The position numbers were made by a program, and so were the translations under genes. DNA of 64,000 bases from Bdellovibrionota bacterium. Its GTDB lineage: Bacteria; Bdellovibrionota_C; UBA2361; OMII01. The stretch covers positions 8,427 to 72,426 of the forward strand of contig JBIJBE010000003.1 in assembly GCA_044345405.1 (NCBI GenBank). The letters run 5' to 3'. Positions 25,405 to 34,405 of this stretch are shown here, in pieces. Position 1 is the first letter of the stretch. The number at the start of each line of letters is the position of its first letter. The notes below the pieces were generated by a model that worked only from the letters and a program-made list of their open reading frames with translations, did no database searches and was not told the DNA's origin.

Positions 25405-26769
25405 ATGCATACCCTCGCGAACCCTCACAGCTTTCAGGACGCAACCACCGCAAATCAACTCGTGTTAGTTGTTGATGATGAGGCGAGTATCCGCCGTTCC
25501 CTTGAGGGAGTCTTGAAGGACGAGGGTTTCTCGGTCGTTCTCGCAGAGGATGGGGAGTCGGCCATTCGCATTCTCATGAATACACGACCAGCCCTCGTGC
25601 TTCTCGACATCTGGATGCCGGGGATGGATGGTCTCGAGACCTTACGAAAGATCAAAGAGATCCATCAGGATCTTCCCGTTGTGATGATCAGCGGTCACGC
25701 CACGATCTCAACGGCCGTTGCCGCGACACGACTCGGGGCGATGGACTTCCTTGAGAAGCCACTCGATCTCTCTGGGACTATTCAACTCGTTCGTCGCGTT
25801 CTCAACCAAGCTGAAACGCCAGACTCTGACAATGAGCCCCGATGGGAGGCTATAGAGCCGGCATCTGTTGGACCCCTTCGTGAGTCCGTAACGATCAACC
25901 CTGTGGTCTTCACGAAGCAGACCCTGCGTGGTCGAGCGATGCCTCAAAAAACCCTCGCGCACGCCGCGATCTTGTACGGTCAGGGACTTCACTCCGGTCG
26001 TAAGAGCGGACTTATCCTTGAGCCACTTCCGCCGAACTCTGGTATCCACTTTGTTGGCGTTTCAGAGACCACCGTTGTTCCAGCGCACGTCGACTTCGTT
26101 GAGTCCACCGGATTCGCGACCACCGTTCGCCTGGGTCAGACCCAAGCGGGCACGATTGAACACCTTATGTCCGCGCTCTGCGCCTACGGCATCTCGAACG
26201 TTCTCATCAAGTGTAACGGTGAGGTTCCCGTAATGGACGGCTCGGCGCGTGAGTTCTGCCGCCTCTTTGAAGAGGTAGGTTTGAGCGAGCAGGACGGCGA
26301 GTGGTACGAGATCGATATCAAGAAGGTTATCGAGGTAGGGGATGGGAAAGAGTCCATCCGTATCGAGCCAGCTGATGAGTTCAGCGTCGATTACACCCTT
26401 CGCTATCCTGAGCCGGTTGGCGAGCAGCAGTTCTCATTCACCTTAACTGACTCCGCTTCCTACCGAGATCAGATCTCAGCCGCGAGAACCTTTAGTTTCG
26501 TGAAGGATGTAGGACACCTCCAACGTCAAGGGCTCGCGCTCGGTGGTCGTTTCGATAACTTCCTTCTGATCGGTACCGAAGGCGCTATTAACGATGAGTG
26601 GCGCTATCCAAATGAGCCGGTGCGTCACAAGGTCTTGGACGCTATCGGTGACCTCTTCCTTCTTGGACGGCGTTTGCGTGGAAAGGTCACGGCTCGAATG
26701 ACCGGTCACTCTGACAATATCGCGATCCTTAAGAAGGTTCGTGATGAGTTGATGCGAGCGGGGAGCTAG
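25405..26769 (+). CDS. lpxC: Fusion of a response-regulator receiver (REC) domain to UDP-3-O-acyl-N-acetylglucosamine deacetylase (LpxC)
   Basis: N-terminal REC (LVVDDEASIRRS, the phospho-Asp in LLDIWMPGMDG, the MISGHAT segment). The LpxC part shows GQGLHSGRKS, VPVMDGSAREF and the conserved HKVLDAIGDL zinc-site motif. 454 aa, against ~300 for stand-alone LpxC. Confidence 0.8.
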   Translation: MHTLANPHSFQDATTANQLVLVVDDEASIRRSLEGVLKDEGFSVVLAEDGESAIRILMNTRPALVLLDIWMPGMDGLETLRKIKEIHQDLPVVMISGHATISTAVAATRLGAMDFLEKPLDLSGTIQLVRRVLNQAETPDSDNEPRWEAIEPASVGPLRESVTINPVVFTKQTLRGRAMPQKTLAHAAILYGQGLHSGRKSGLILEPLPPNSGIHFVGVSETTVVPAHVDFVESTGFATTVRLGQTQAGTIEHLMSALCAYGISNVLIKCNGEVPVMDGSAREFCRLFEEVGLSEQDGEWYEIDIKKVIEVGDGKESIRIEPADEFSVDYTLRYPEPVGEQQFSFTLTDSASYRDQISAARTFSFVKDVGHLQRQGLALGGRFDNFLLIGTEGAINDEWRYPNEPVRHKVLDAIGDLFLLGRRLRGKVTARMTGHSDNIAILKKVRDELMRAGS

Positions 26770-26849
26770 TCTCGTCTGTCGATAGCAAGAGAAAAGGCCA
26801 CCACTACTCCTCGTAGTGGTGGCCTTCGTCATTTTTCAGGGATGTCGAC

Positions 26850-27191
26850 CTAGCAGAAGTTGCTGGTCTCTTCGTCGGTAAGTCCGTCCTCGTTGGTCGA
26901 GATAGCGGTAAGGATCGCCTTAGCGTCATCTCTAATCATCGCGGAGAGGCTGTTAATCAAGGTTACGTGACGAGTAACCTCATCCCAGTTTTTGGAAGCG
27001 ATCGCCTCACACAGCGCTACCGCGAGTGTGCGTTGCTTCGACAAGATGGTGTCGTATGACTCGAGGCGCCGTACAACTCCCTCAGGAACAGAGTCTCGAG
27101 TCTTGAAGGTCTGTCGAGCCTTCGTGATCGCGCCCTCAAGCTCAGTGAATGAAGCGAAGAGTTTTTCGATAATCTTTGGTTCCATGGTCAT
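26850..27191 (-). CDS. Hypothetical small helical protein (113 aa)
   Basis: An ORF with an appropriate start. No recognisable motif. Confidence 0.35.
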   Translation of the reverse strand: MTMEPKIIEKLFASFTELEGAITKARQTFKTRDSVPEGVVRRLESYDTILSKQRTLAVALCEAIASKNWDEVTRHVTLINSLSAMIRDDAKAILTAISTNEDGLTDEETSNFC

Positions 27192-27698
27192 AGTCTCCCT
27201 GAAAAATGTACTTCTCGAAATCCGTGTTACGTACCGCAGCTCGAATTTCCTTATTGGACTATCTGACGGCGGGGCGCTTCCTCGCTCGTCGTCGGAAGGT
27301 GAACCCGAAGGTCTCTCAACCGAGTATCTGCCCTGTTATTACGAAATCGGGCTACCTTGTCGCATTTCCCAAACGGAACTACCGAGTCCCCTCGAAAGGG
27401 GCGCAAGAGGGCGTTAGAGGCCCGCAGTAAGCCCCTCAAAAGTCTCGCTACTCCGATAGTGATTCCCATCAAGATCGTGTCTAAAGTTCTCATCTGTTCT
27501 GGCCTCCAACCTGGCAGATAAACGGTTTTGATTGGATACCAGTGCAAAGATGTTGCCAGGTTGTAAGGACCTGATTTTACAGCGCCTTTTTAGAGGCCCT
27601 TATCCTCCGCAGTAGGAGATCGGGCGACTCTTCAGTAGAATAGAGGAGTTAGCCCTGTTTCGATCCACGACACCTGTCTAGCTTGAGAACACCTCCCC

Positions 27699-28886
27699 AT
27701 GACCATCCCGCCGAGTGACCAAACCCCCGTTGCTGAGCCAGCTCCGGCTGCGGCGTGGGAGCGGTGCGAGGTGATCGATGATGGGGACCGCTTTTTTACA
27801 GCGCTTGAGGCCGCAATCGATGCGGCAACCGTGAGCGTTGATGTCGAGTTTTACATCTTCTCCACGGACCAGACGGGGCAACGGTTCTTTGAGGTTCTCA
27901 CTCGCGCGGCTCGGAGGGGTGTGGTGGTTCGTCTTCTGATTGATGGTATCGGCTCAACCGGCTTCGCTCGTAGTTACCGGGAGCGCGCGAAGGCAGCTGG
28001 AATTCTCGTTCGAGTGTTTCACGAACCTCCGTGGGAGCGGTGGCGGTGGTGGCAGCGGCGTCGAGGAGGGGTGGAGAGGAGGTCGACCTGGCGCCGAGTA
28101 TTTCGTCGCCTTAATCATCGCAATCATCGAAAGCTCTGTATTATCGATGGCCGGACCGCGTTCGTTGGAAGTTTTAATGTGACGCGGTATCACCTCGCCT
28201 CTGAGATGGGTACGGCGGCGTGGCGAGATACCGGTGTCATCGTTGAGGGATCAGAGATCTCACTACTTCGTAATACCTTCGAGGATATCTGGATCGGAAA
28301 GTTCCAACGCCTGAAGCGCAAGATCCGACGAAAACGATTGAAGACCAGCCCGCTCGTTAGATTAAATGTGACCGGAAAGCAACGGCGGGAGAACTACCTC
28401 GATCTCTTGGTGAGACTTCTTCGCGCGCGACAGCGAATTTGGATAACGAACGCTTACTTCGTTCCGGATGGTTCATTACTTCGGGTGCTCTCAGTGGTGG
28501 CTCGAGAGGGGATAGATGTGCGAATACTCGTGCCCGGTTTCTCTGACGTCGTGTTTATTCCTTGGATAACCTCAGCTTTCCATTTCGGTCTCCTCTCCGC
28601 TGGGGTTAAAATATTCGAATACCGCGGCTCGGTGCTGCACGCGAAGACGATGGTGATCGATGAGTGGGGGCTGATAGGCTCAAGCAACCTCAATCATAGA
28701 AGTCTGTTGCACGACCTTGAGGCGGATATCGTGGTAACGGATAAGGGTTCGCTCAAGAGTTTGAGCGATCAGTTCGTGACGGATCTCGGTCGCTCCGTCG
28801 AAGTGACCCTTGATAATTGGCGTCAACGTCCGTTTATTGAGAGGTTGCTCGGTCGGGTTCTTCTCTGGTTTAGGTATGTTCTGTAA
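27699..28886 (+). CDS. Phospholipase D / cardiolipin-synthase-family protein with two HKD motifs and a Trp/Arg-rich insertion
   Basis: HKD motifs NHRKLCIIDGRTAFVGSFN and HAKTMVIDEWGLIGSSNLNHRS. The unusual insert is PPWERWRWWQRRRGGVERRSTWRRVFRR. Confidence 0.75.
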   Translation: MTIPPSDQTPVAEPAPAAAWERCEVIDDGDRFFTALEAAIDAATVSVDVEFYIFSTDQTGQRFFEVLTRAARRGVVVRLLIDGIGSTGFARSYRERAKAAGILVRVFHEPPWERWRWWQRRRGGVERRSTWRRVFRRLNHRNHRKLCIIDGRTAFVGSFNVTRYHLASEMGTAAWRDTGVIVEGSEISLLRNTFEDIWIGKFQRLKRKIRRKRLKTSPLVRLNVTGKQRRENYLDLLVRLLRARQRIWITNAYFVPDGSLLRVLSVVAREGIDVRILVPGFSDVVFIPWITSAFHFGLLSAGVKIFEYRGSVLHAKTMVIDEWGLIGSSNLNHRSLLHDLEADIVVTDKGSLKSLSDQFVTDLGRSVEVTLDNWRQRPFIERLLGRVLLWFRYVL

Positions 28887-28894
28887 CGACACGC

Positions 28895-29656
28895 ATGGTC
28901 GATACCAGGGTTCTCAAAATTCTCTCCTATAACATTCACAAAGGGCTCGGCCTTGGTAATCGCGCGTTTACGCTCCCACGGATTCGGGAATCCCTTCAAG
29001 CACTCCAGCCCGACATCGTCTTCTTGCAAGAGGTTCTCGGGCAACACGATAAGCACGCCAACCGTTTTCAGGGGTGGCCAACGCTCTCGCAGAGCGATTT
29101 CCTCGCTGAGGCAGGATGGCCCCACGCCGCGTACGGTAAAAACGCGGTCTACTCGCACGGACATCACGGCAACGCTATCTTGAGTAAGTATCCGATCGTT
29201 GAGTACGAGAATATCGATGTCTCAACGAACGCCTTTGAGTCCCGAGGGATCCTTCACGCGGTTATCAAAGTCCCGTGGAGTGAGGTTCCCGTTCACTGTA
29301 TCTGTGTCCACCTCAATATGCTTCGTCGTGGACGTGACGCGCAGCTCAAGCATCTCTGCCGACGGGTGATGCGGAGTGTTAGTGAAGCGGAGCCCCTAAT
29401 CGTCGCGGGCGATTTTAATGATTGGCAAGAGAGCGCCACAAAGCAGCTCTTCGATGATATCGGGGTGCATGAGGTATTTCACACCTTACGTGGAGCGCAC
29501 GCGCCGACCTTTCCGAGTAGGTTTCCCGTGCTACGGCTCGATCGGGTGTATGCCCGCGGGGTGAAGGCGCTTGGTGGCGAGATCCTAAACGGCCCCCCGT
29601 GGACCGATCTCTCAGATCACGCGCCGCTCTTGGCGCAGTTAGAGATAGAGATTTAG
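28895..29656 (+). CDS. Endonuclease/exonuclease/phosphatase (EEP) family protein
   Basis: EEP motifs (ILSYNIHKG, FLQEV, the GDFND box, the C-terminal SDHAP motif). It lies 9 bp after the PLD gene. Confidence 0.7.
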   Translation: MVDTRVLKILSYNIHKGLGLGNRAFTLPRIRESLQALQPDIVFLQEVLGQHDKHANRFQGWPTLSQSDFLAEAGWPHAAYGKNAVYSHGHHGNAILSKYPIVEYENIDVSTNAFESRGILHAVIKVPWSEVPVHCICVHLNMLRRGRDAQLKHLCRRVMRSVSEAEPLIVAGDFNDWQESATKQLFDDIGVHEVFHTLRGAHAPTFPSRFPVLRLDRVYARGVKALGGEILNGPPWTDLSDHAPLLAQLEIEI

Positions 29657-29805
29657 AACCTAATAGCCTCGGTATTTGACTCCTTTCGAACCTCCTCGTA
29701 CCGTACCGGCGGAATATGGGTAGATGGTGACTTCTGGTCGACGACGTGAGCTCAACGTTCACGCCGTCGGCTGGTGTCGATGGTTTTTCACACGGGAGGT
29801 TTTCC

Positions 29806-30273
29806 ATGAGTCGATTCGTGAGTGTCACGATGGTCCTAGGCGCCTTGGGATTCGGCATGACCGCGCCGCAATCCGTAACGCCCCTCAAACAGCAGGACCT
29901 GGAGGAGGGGATAGAGGAGGTGCGACGCGCGATGAGCGATGTCGCGACAACGCTCTCCCGGATTCAGCGCGATGCTATCAATGACGAAGAGGTCTTCTTC
30001 GAGGGGCAACGTCGTCGTTTGCGAGGTATTCTGGCGCTCGTTCGATGTGTCGAAACGGTGAATGACGGTATGCCGCCCTCTCGCGATAAAGCGACGGTGG
30101 CGATATGCCTTCGCGCGGTGTCTGGGGAGATATCGCAGGCCGTGAGCGGTATTCGTTCGCTGGAGAGCGCCAACGACCACGGTCATCGTTTGCTCACCTC
30201 GAAGGCGTTCGCCCCCTTAGACGCTACCCGCGCTCAACCAAAGCTGAGCGTTGGGGAATCTATCGTTCCGTAA
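29806..30273 (+). CDS. Secreted hypothetical protein (signal peptide MSRFVSVTMVLGALGFGMTAPQS)
   Basis: GGAGG RBS before the ATG at 29806, then a hydrophobic signal sequence. The six-frame ORF is open from 29746. Confidence 0.4.
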   Translation: MSRFVSVTMVLGALGFGMTAPQSVTPLKQQDLEEGIEEVRRAMSDVATTLSRIQRDAINDEEVFFEGQRRRLRGILALVRCVETVNDGMPPSRDKATVAICLRAVSGEISQAVSGIRSLESANDHGHRLLTSKAFAPLDATRAQPKLSVGESIVP

Positions 30274-30354
30274 CTGAACTACAACTTCAGATGGACGACG
30301 GCATGTTTACGAAGGTTATCCTCGACACCATGCCGTCGTTCCATCGCGGCACAT

Positions 30355-31164
30355 TTATACGATCGTATAGTTCTTGAACTTGGCCGGCTTCACGCTCAAG
30401 TTGTGTCCCGCTGTGAAGGCGCGCACGAGTTTGAGGGCATCGTCGTTCCAGAATGCGCCGCTCTGCACATCATACGGTCCCACGATCTCAGCGTCTACCT
30501 TTCCTGGTCGACGGTACGAGAGTCGAATGGTCTCCTCCATGTTGTCTTTGTTGAGTCGGCTAATGGTAATCGAGTTGTCTCCATCTCGAGCGACGATCTT
30601 GAAGGCGGGCTGCTCTTTCGAGTGGGCGAAGCGTTCGATCGCCGCAAAGAGGGCTTCGTGTGTCGGAATCTTCCCCACCTTTTCGGTTGGAACGCTCGCG
30701 AGCACGAGTGGTCGAGGGGTGTCCTTTGTTCGCTCAAAGGTCTTTCCCTCGTACTTGCTTCGGATGGCGTTGACCTTCGGTTGAATCACCTTTTCCGTAA
30801 ACCTACGGATCTGTTTCAGGTTATCTGAGAGTTGTTTCTCAAGTTGTTCGCGGGTTGGCGCGAGAGTGTCCTTGGGCCCGAACTTCGCGGAGAGCCACGC
30901 CGCGCATCGAGCGAAAAATCCCTTCGGTTCCTCATAGGAGAGCGCCGCGATCTGTTCCCGCAGCTCGGCGTTGGTGCGTCTCATATCCTCAAGGGACTTG
31001 AGAGGAATCTTAAGCTGTGAGCCGATTCTCTCGATCTTTTTGTACTCCTCTTGCGAAAGAGGCATGACACTCGCGGTGGCGAGGCGACGAGCGCTTGATG
31101 AATCGCCTGGTCCTGGAGCGTCTCGTTTGGATGCTGGTCCTGCTGCTAGTTGTGAAGATGTCAT
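30355..31164 (-). CDS. Hypothetical protein (269 aa) with a low-complexity N-terminus then a coiled-coil/helical region
   Basis: A long ORF with no recognisable domain. Confidence 0.4.
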   Translation of the reverse strand: MTSSQLAAGPASKRDAPGPGDSSSARRLATASVMPLSQEEYKKIERIGSQLKIPLKSLEDMRRTNAELREQIAALSYEEPKGFFARCAAWLSAKFGPKDTLAPTREQLEKQLSDNLKQIRRFTEKVIQPKVNAIRSKYEGKTFERTKDTPRPLVLASVPTEKVGKIPTHEALFAAIERFAHSKEQPAFKIVARDGDNSITISRLNKDNMEETIRLSYRRPGKVDAEIVGPYDVQSGAFWNDDALKLVRAFTAGHNLSVKPAKFKNYTIV

Positions 31165-31395
31165 GGATTCCCCCCGGTTTCCTTAGTCGTAGGTACTATG
31201 AATCGGAACGCTACTCAAATTGTTTCGTCCTGGTGGTGAGGGTGCTGAACTGCTCTATGATATCCGTTTCCGGCCGGTAGGATATGAAAGCGACAGCAGT
31301 GCCCCTGGCGGAGGACACGACTAACTCCGCGGTTTTCCAAGACTCTCGAAACGGGGAGGGAAGGGTGGTTGGGGAGGGGGGTAGTTACCGTTCCT

Positions 31396-31983
31396 TTATT
31401 TTATTGCTTCGCATATAGCGGTCTCAAAGTCATTTAACTCCTCACCAACCGCGCGGTGATGGCTATCGACTCCTCGCAGCTCGGCCCAATCAGAGACTCG
31501 AGGCATACATCGGTAGACCCTGCGAAATCCGGCGAGCGACATCACTATCTGCGGTAATTCCCATGTCCACGCTGATTGATGGCCGTATCCGAGAAGGACC
31601 GCGCGTCCGGCTCCGATCGGGCTTGCGTCACCGAGACCGCGCTCGTGCGCGAGATTGAAATATCCGGTGCTTTGACCGAAGAAAACCTTTTCGACGGATG
31701 GAACGCACACGCGAAGCACTCCGTTGGGGCGGAGGATCCGCCTGCATTCGTCAAAGAACCTGAGTGCATCGGCGGAGCTGATGTGTTCAACGACGTGCTC
31801 CGCGAGTATGCAATCGACAACGTTATCGTCGTACGGTAGGCGGGCGCGGATGTCCACCTCGCTGTCGTGGTTGGTCCATCCTTCGAGTGGATTACCTCCG
31901 GATCCGAATTGAATTTTCAAAAGGGGCCTATTCATTCGCCTCCGGGGGATCGTAGGTGAATGTGAACGAGAGGTCCTTTCCAA
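31396..31983 (-). CDS. Class I SAM-dependent methyltransferase-like protein
   Basis: Methyltransf_11/23-like segment (ILRPNGVLRVCVPS). It overlaps the upstream gene. Confidence 0.45.
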   Translation of the reverse strand: MERTSRSHSPTIPRRRMNRPLLKIQFGSGGNPLEGWTNHDSEVDIRARLPYDDNVVDCILAEHVVEHISSADALRFFDECRRILRPNGVLRVCVPSVEKVFFGQSTGYFNLAHERGLGDASPIGAGRAVLLGYGHQSAWTWELPQIVMSLAGFRRVYRCMPRVSDWAELRGVDSHHRAVGEELNDFETAICEAIK

Positions 31984-32845
31984 GCGAGCGTTTGGCGAAC
32001 ATGCTGAGCTCGAGCGATAGGTGCTTCTCCGCTGCCTCTCGTTGTTCCAACCGTGCGTCGCGATAGGCTACCTGTCCATTCAACGTTAGCTTCGGAGTAA
32101 GGTAGTCCTCAGAGACGTAGACATTTCGGAGGAGGTACATCGCGCACGGATATCCGTTGTGTCTAGCGACTCGGCACGCGAAGCCTATAAAGGCATCCTC
32201 CGCGCCGTATCCACCAAGTGATTCGGGAATGCCCGTGAAGCTCAGAAGCTCCTTGGAGTAGAGGTTCATCCACCCAGTTCCAAATTTGGTTTCTTCGACT
32301 GGGACCGCGAAGATCTCCTGTGGCATTTGTCGTCTCGTCTCATCCGGTGAGTGAGTTAGGTAATATCCGAGAGGTTTGGTGAGGAAGTCAGGATGAACGA
32401 GCATGTCCCACGTCTCGTCCCATAGTCGAGGCACCGGAGGAGCGAGCATGTATCGTCCAGAGAGTTTATACGACATGTCGAGGAGCCCTTTAAGGAGATG
32501 CGGGGGGAATGCGATGTCAGGATCCGCGAAGATAAACTGATCGCAGTCGAGCGCTAGGCATTCACGCTTTTGTTGGGTCGTGCCCGCGAGGGAGTCGTCC
32601 TCCCGGATCTCGTAGTTGGCCGGAAGCCCCTCCATGAGCTGGCGAAATCTCTCCATGAAGTAGGTCGGAGTGAGGGAGCTTTTGCTCCAATCGATCAGGC
32701 GTGGATTAAGGTTCAGTGAGGCGCGAAGGGTTACTCGGTCGAGGGGAGTGAGAAATGACAAACTACGTCGAAAGTCGTCTATCCACCGTTCGAAGAGGCC
32801 GAACTCGGGGGGCATGACGTGAATGCAGATGAGGGTCCGTTTCAT
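31928..32845 (-). CDS. Hypothetical protein, possibly a GT-A-like glycosyltransferase (DCD/DPD motifs)
   Basis: A 305-aa ORF. The only hint of function is ALDCDQFIFADPDIAF. Confidence 0.35.
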   Translation of the reverse strand: MKRTLICIHVMPPEFGLFERWIDDFRRSLSFLTPLDRVTLRASLNLNPRLIDWSKSSLTPTYFMERFRQLMEGLPANYEIREDDSLAGTTQQKRECLALDCDQFIFADPDIAFPPHLLKGLLDMSYKLSGRYMLAPPVPRLWDETWDMLVHPDFLTKPLGYYLTHSPDETRRQMPQEIFAVPVEETKFGTGWMNLYSKELLSFTGIPESLGGYGAEDAFIGFACRVARHNGYPCAMYLLRNVYVSEDYLTPKLTLNGQVAYRDARLEQREAAEKHLSLELSMFAKRSLGKDLSFTFTYDPPEANE

Positions 32846-33026
32846 GGGCTTGTGAAATGATTCGAGTGAGCGCTAGGCGCTTCTTTTGGTTCACCTTTAC
32901 GTCTTCACTATCGGCATAGTGGCGGGGAATATGAATGGCGAGATGGGGACTCCCCGATTTGAGAAGGGATTTGATGGCGTTGGTGATGGGGTAAGTGTTT
33001 GATGTTTGGAGGGGGCCTTGCCATTT

Positions 33027-33084
33027 CCGGCGACCGTGATCCCCCTTCGCCAAGGCTTCGGGGGACAAGCTGGTCGCCCTCCGG
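33027..33084. repeat. Copy C of the palindromic repeat family (CCGGCGACCGTGATCCCCCTTCGCCAAGGCTTCGGGGGACAAGCTGGTCGCCCTCCGG)
   Basis: It shares the GGCGACC/GGTCGCCCTCC ends and the GGGACAAGCTG core with copies D, E and F. It lies about 75 bp downstream of the LON-N gene stop. Confidence 0.7.
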
Positions 33085-33157
33085 TTGTGCGACCCGTGAC
33101 ATCGGAGGGCGCGCATTCCTGCGCGCCACCTGCATGTTTGTTCGGATGTTTATATTG

Positions 33158-33805
33158 CTACAACGCCGCCGGCTTAATAACCCTCAAATGCCCATTCAAC
33201 GCGACCCGTTCCTTAAGCGCCTTATTATGAATCGCCTGCGGAATGGATCTTCGATAAAAGGCGATCAGGAACTCTAGCCTCATCCGCTCGCTTCGCATCT
33301 CAAGGAGCTCCTGTCGTTCGATGTCGGTGAGCCCCGCGTTGTGACCGAGCAAAAATGACACGAGGTCGTGCGCCTCGTACAACGGTACCTCGACCTTCTC
33401 CGTGGTTAGCTCAACAAGCTTCGTATGAAGGGAGGACGCCACGTTCGCGAGCCGTCCATCCGGGAACGCGTCGTCATCGTAGAAACCAACGATCGCCTGC
33501 GGGTAGGCGCGACCGGAAACGAAGCGTTGAACAAAGAAGCGTCGTGTTCCCCGCGCGAGTATGTCGATCGACCCGTCCGAATATCTTTTCAGTACCCGAT
33601 CCACGATTACGCAACATCCGACCTCGGCGTTGTCCTTGTCGGTCGCGAAGAGGATTCCAAATTCCCGTTTGCCACGTTCCCCGCTCTCATCGAGACAGTC
33701 CCGAATCATCGCCTTGTATCGGGGCTCATAGATTCGAAACGGGATCCGTTCACCGGGAAATAGCACGAAGGTCAGCGCGAAGATCGGTAGGGGCTGGGCG
33801 GGCAT
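33158..33805 (-). CDS. Stand-alone LON N-terminal (substrate-binding) domain protein
   Basis: LON N-terminal signature LPIFALTFVLFPGERIPFRIYEPRY. No AAA+ or protease domain. Confidence 0.65.
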   Translation of the reverse strand: MPAQPLPIFALTFVLFPGERIPFRIYEPRYKAMIRDCLDESGERGKREFGILFATDKDNAEVGCCVIVDRVLKRYSDGSIDILARGTRRFFVQRFVSGRAYPQAIVGFYDDDAFPDGRLANVASSLHTKLVELTTEKVEVPLYEAHDLVSFLLGHNAGLTDIERQELLEMRSERMRLEFLIAFYRRSIPQAIHNKALKERVALNGHLRVIKPAAL

Positions 33806-34405
33806 ACCTTAAGTATATCGTGGTGGTTGAGGGGTAACGAAGCGAAATTCTTTGGATAGGGAATTAGGTGGGTTAGGCGCTCCTCGTCCACGCGTGAAAA
33901 GGCTCCTCAAACCGCACGATTTTCAGTTCTACGAGTTCTTCGTTCTCTGGAGATCGGTGCCTCCTCATGATAGGTTGCGGGCATGTTCGGTCTCCGTTTC
34001 CGACACTCGATCTCCTTGATGATGGCCGTGGTGCTGTTGTCATTGGCTGTCGTATCGCGCGCCCCTCAAAGTAAGTGTCGATGTCACGAACGAAAGAGCG
34101 CTTCCCGAACGCAGAAGCAGGACCAGAAGCCGTGTGTCTTTGGACAGATGCGGTCGCTTACCGCGAGCTATGTGCTCCCAGCCTCTGTTGAGGCGCAGGA
34201 GAGCGAACGACTCTCTTTTCTTCCTATCATTCACTCTGCTCGCGACGGCGTTGCCCTACGGGTCGGAATCTATGAGCGCCCGCGGGCTCGGTCGCCCCCC
34301 GTTCTTTCCTAGCTTGCACTCATCCAACGCTCCTGGTTAGCAGAGAACGCTGTCTCGAGCGTGTGAGCGGTTTTTACCGCGCAAACGATTAGTATTGCTT
34401 ATCCT

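Noticed and set aside
33983-34312. 109-aa ORF in the 600-bp leader of the His-rich OMP
   Set aside because: Arg/Ser-rich composition and no RBS. It overlaps an antisense ORF of similar quality, so it is probably non-coding leader sequence.
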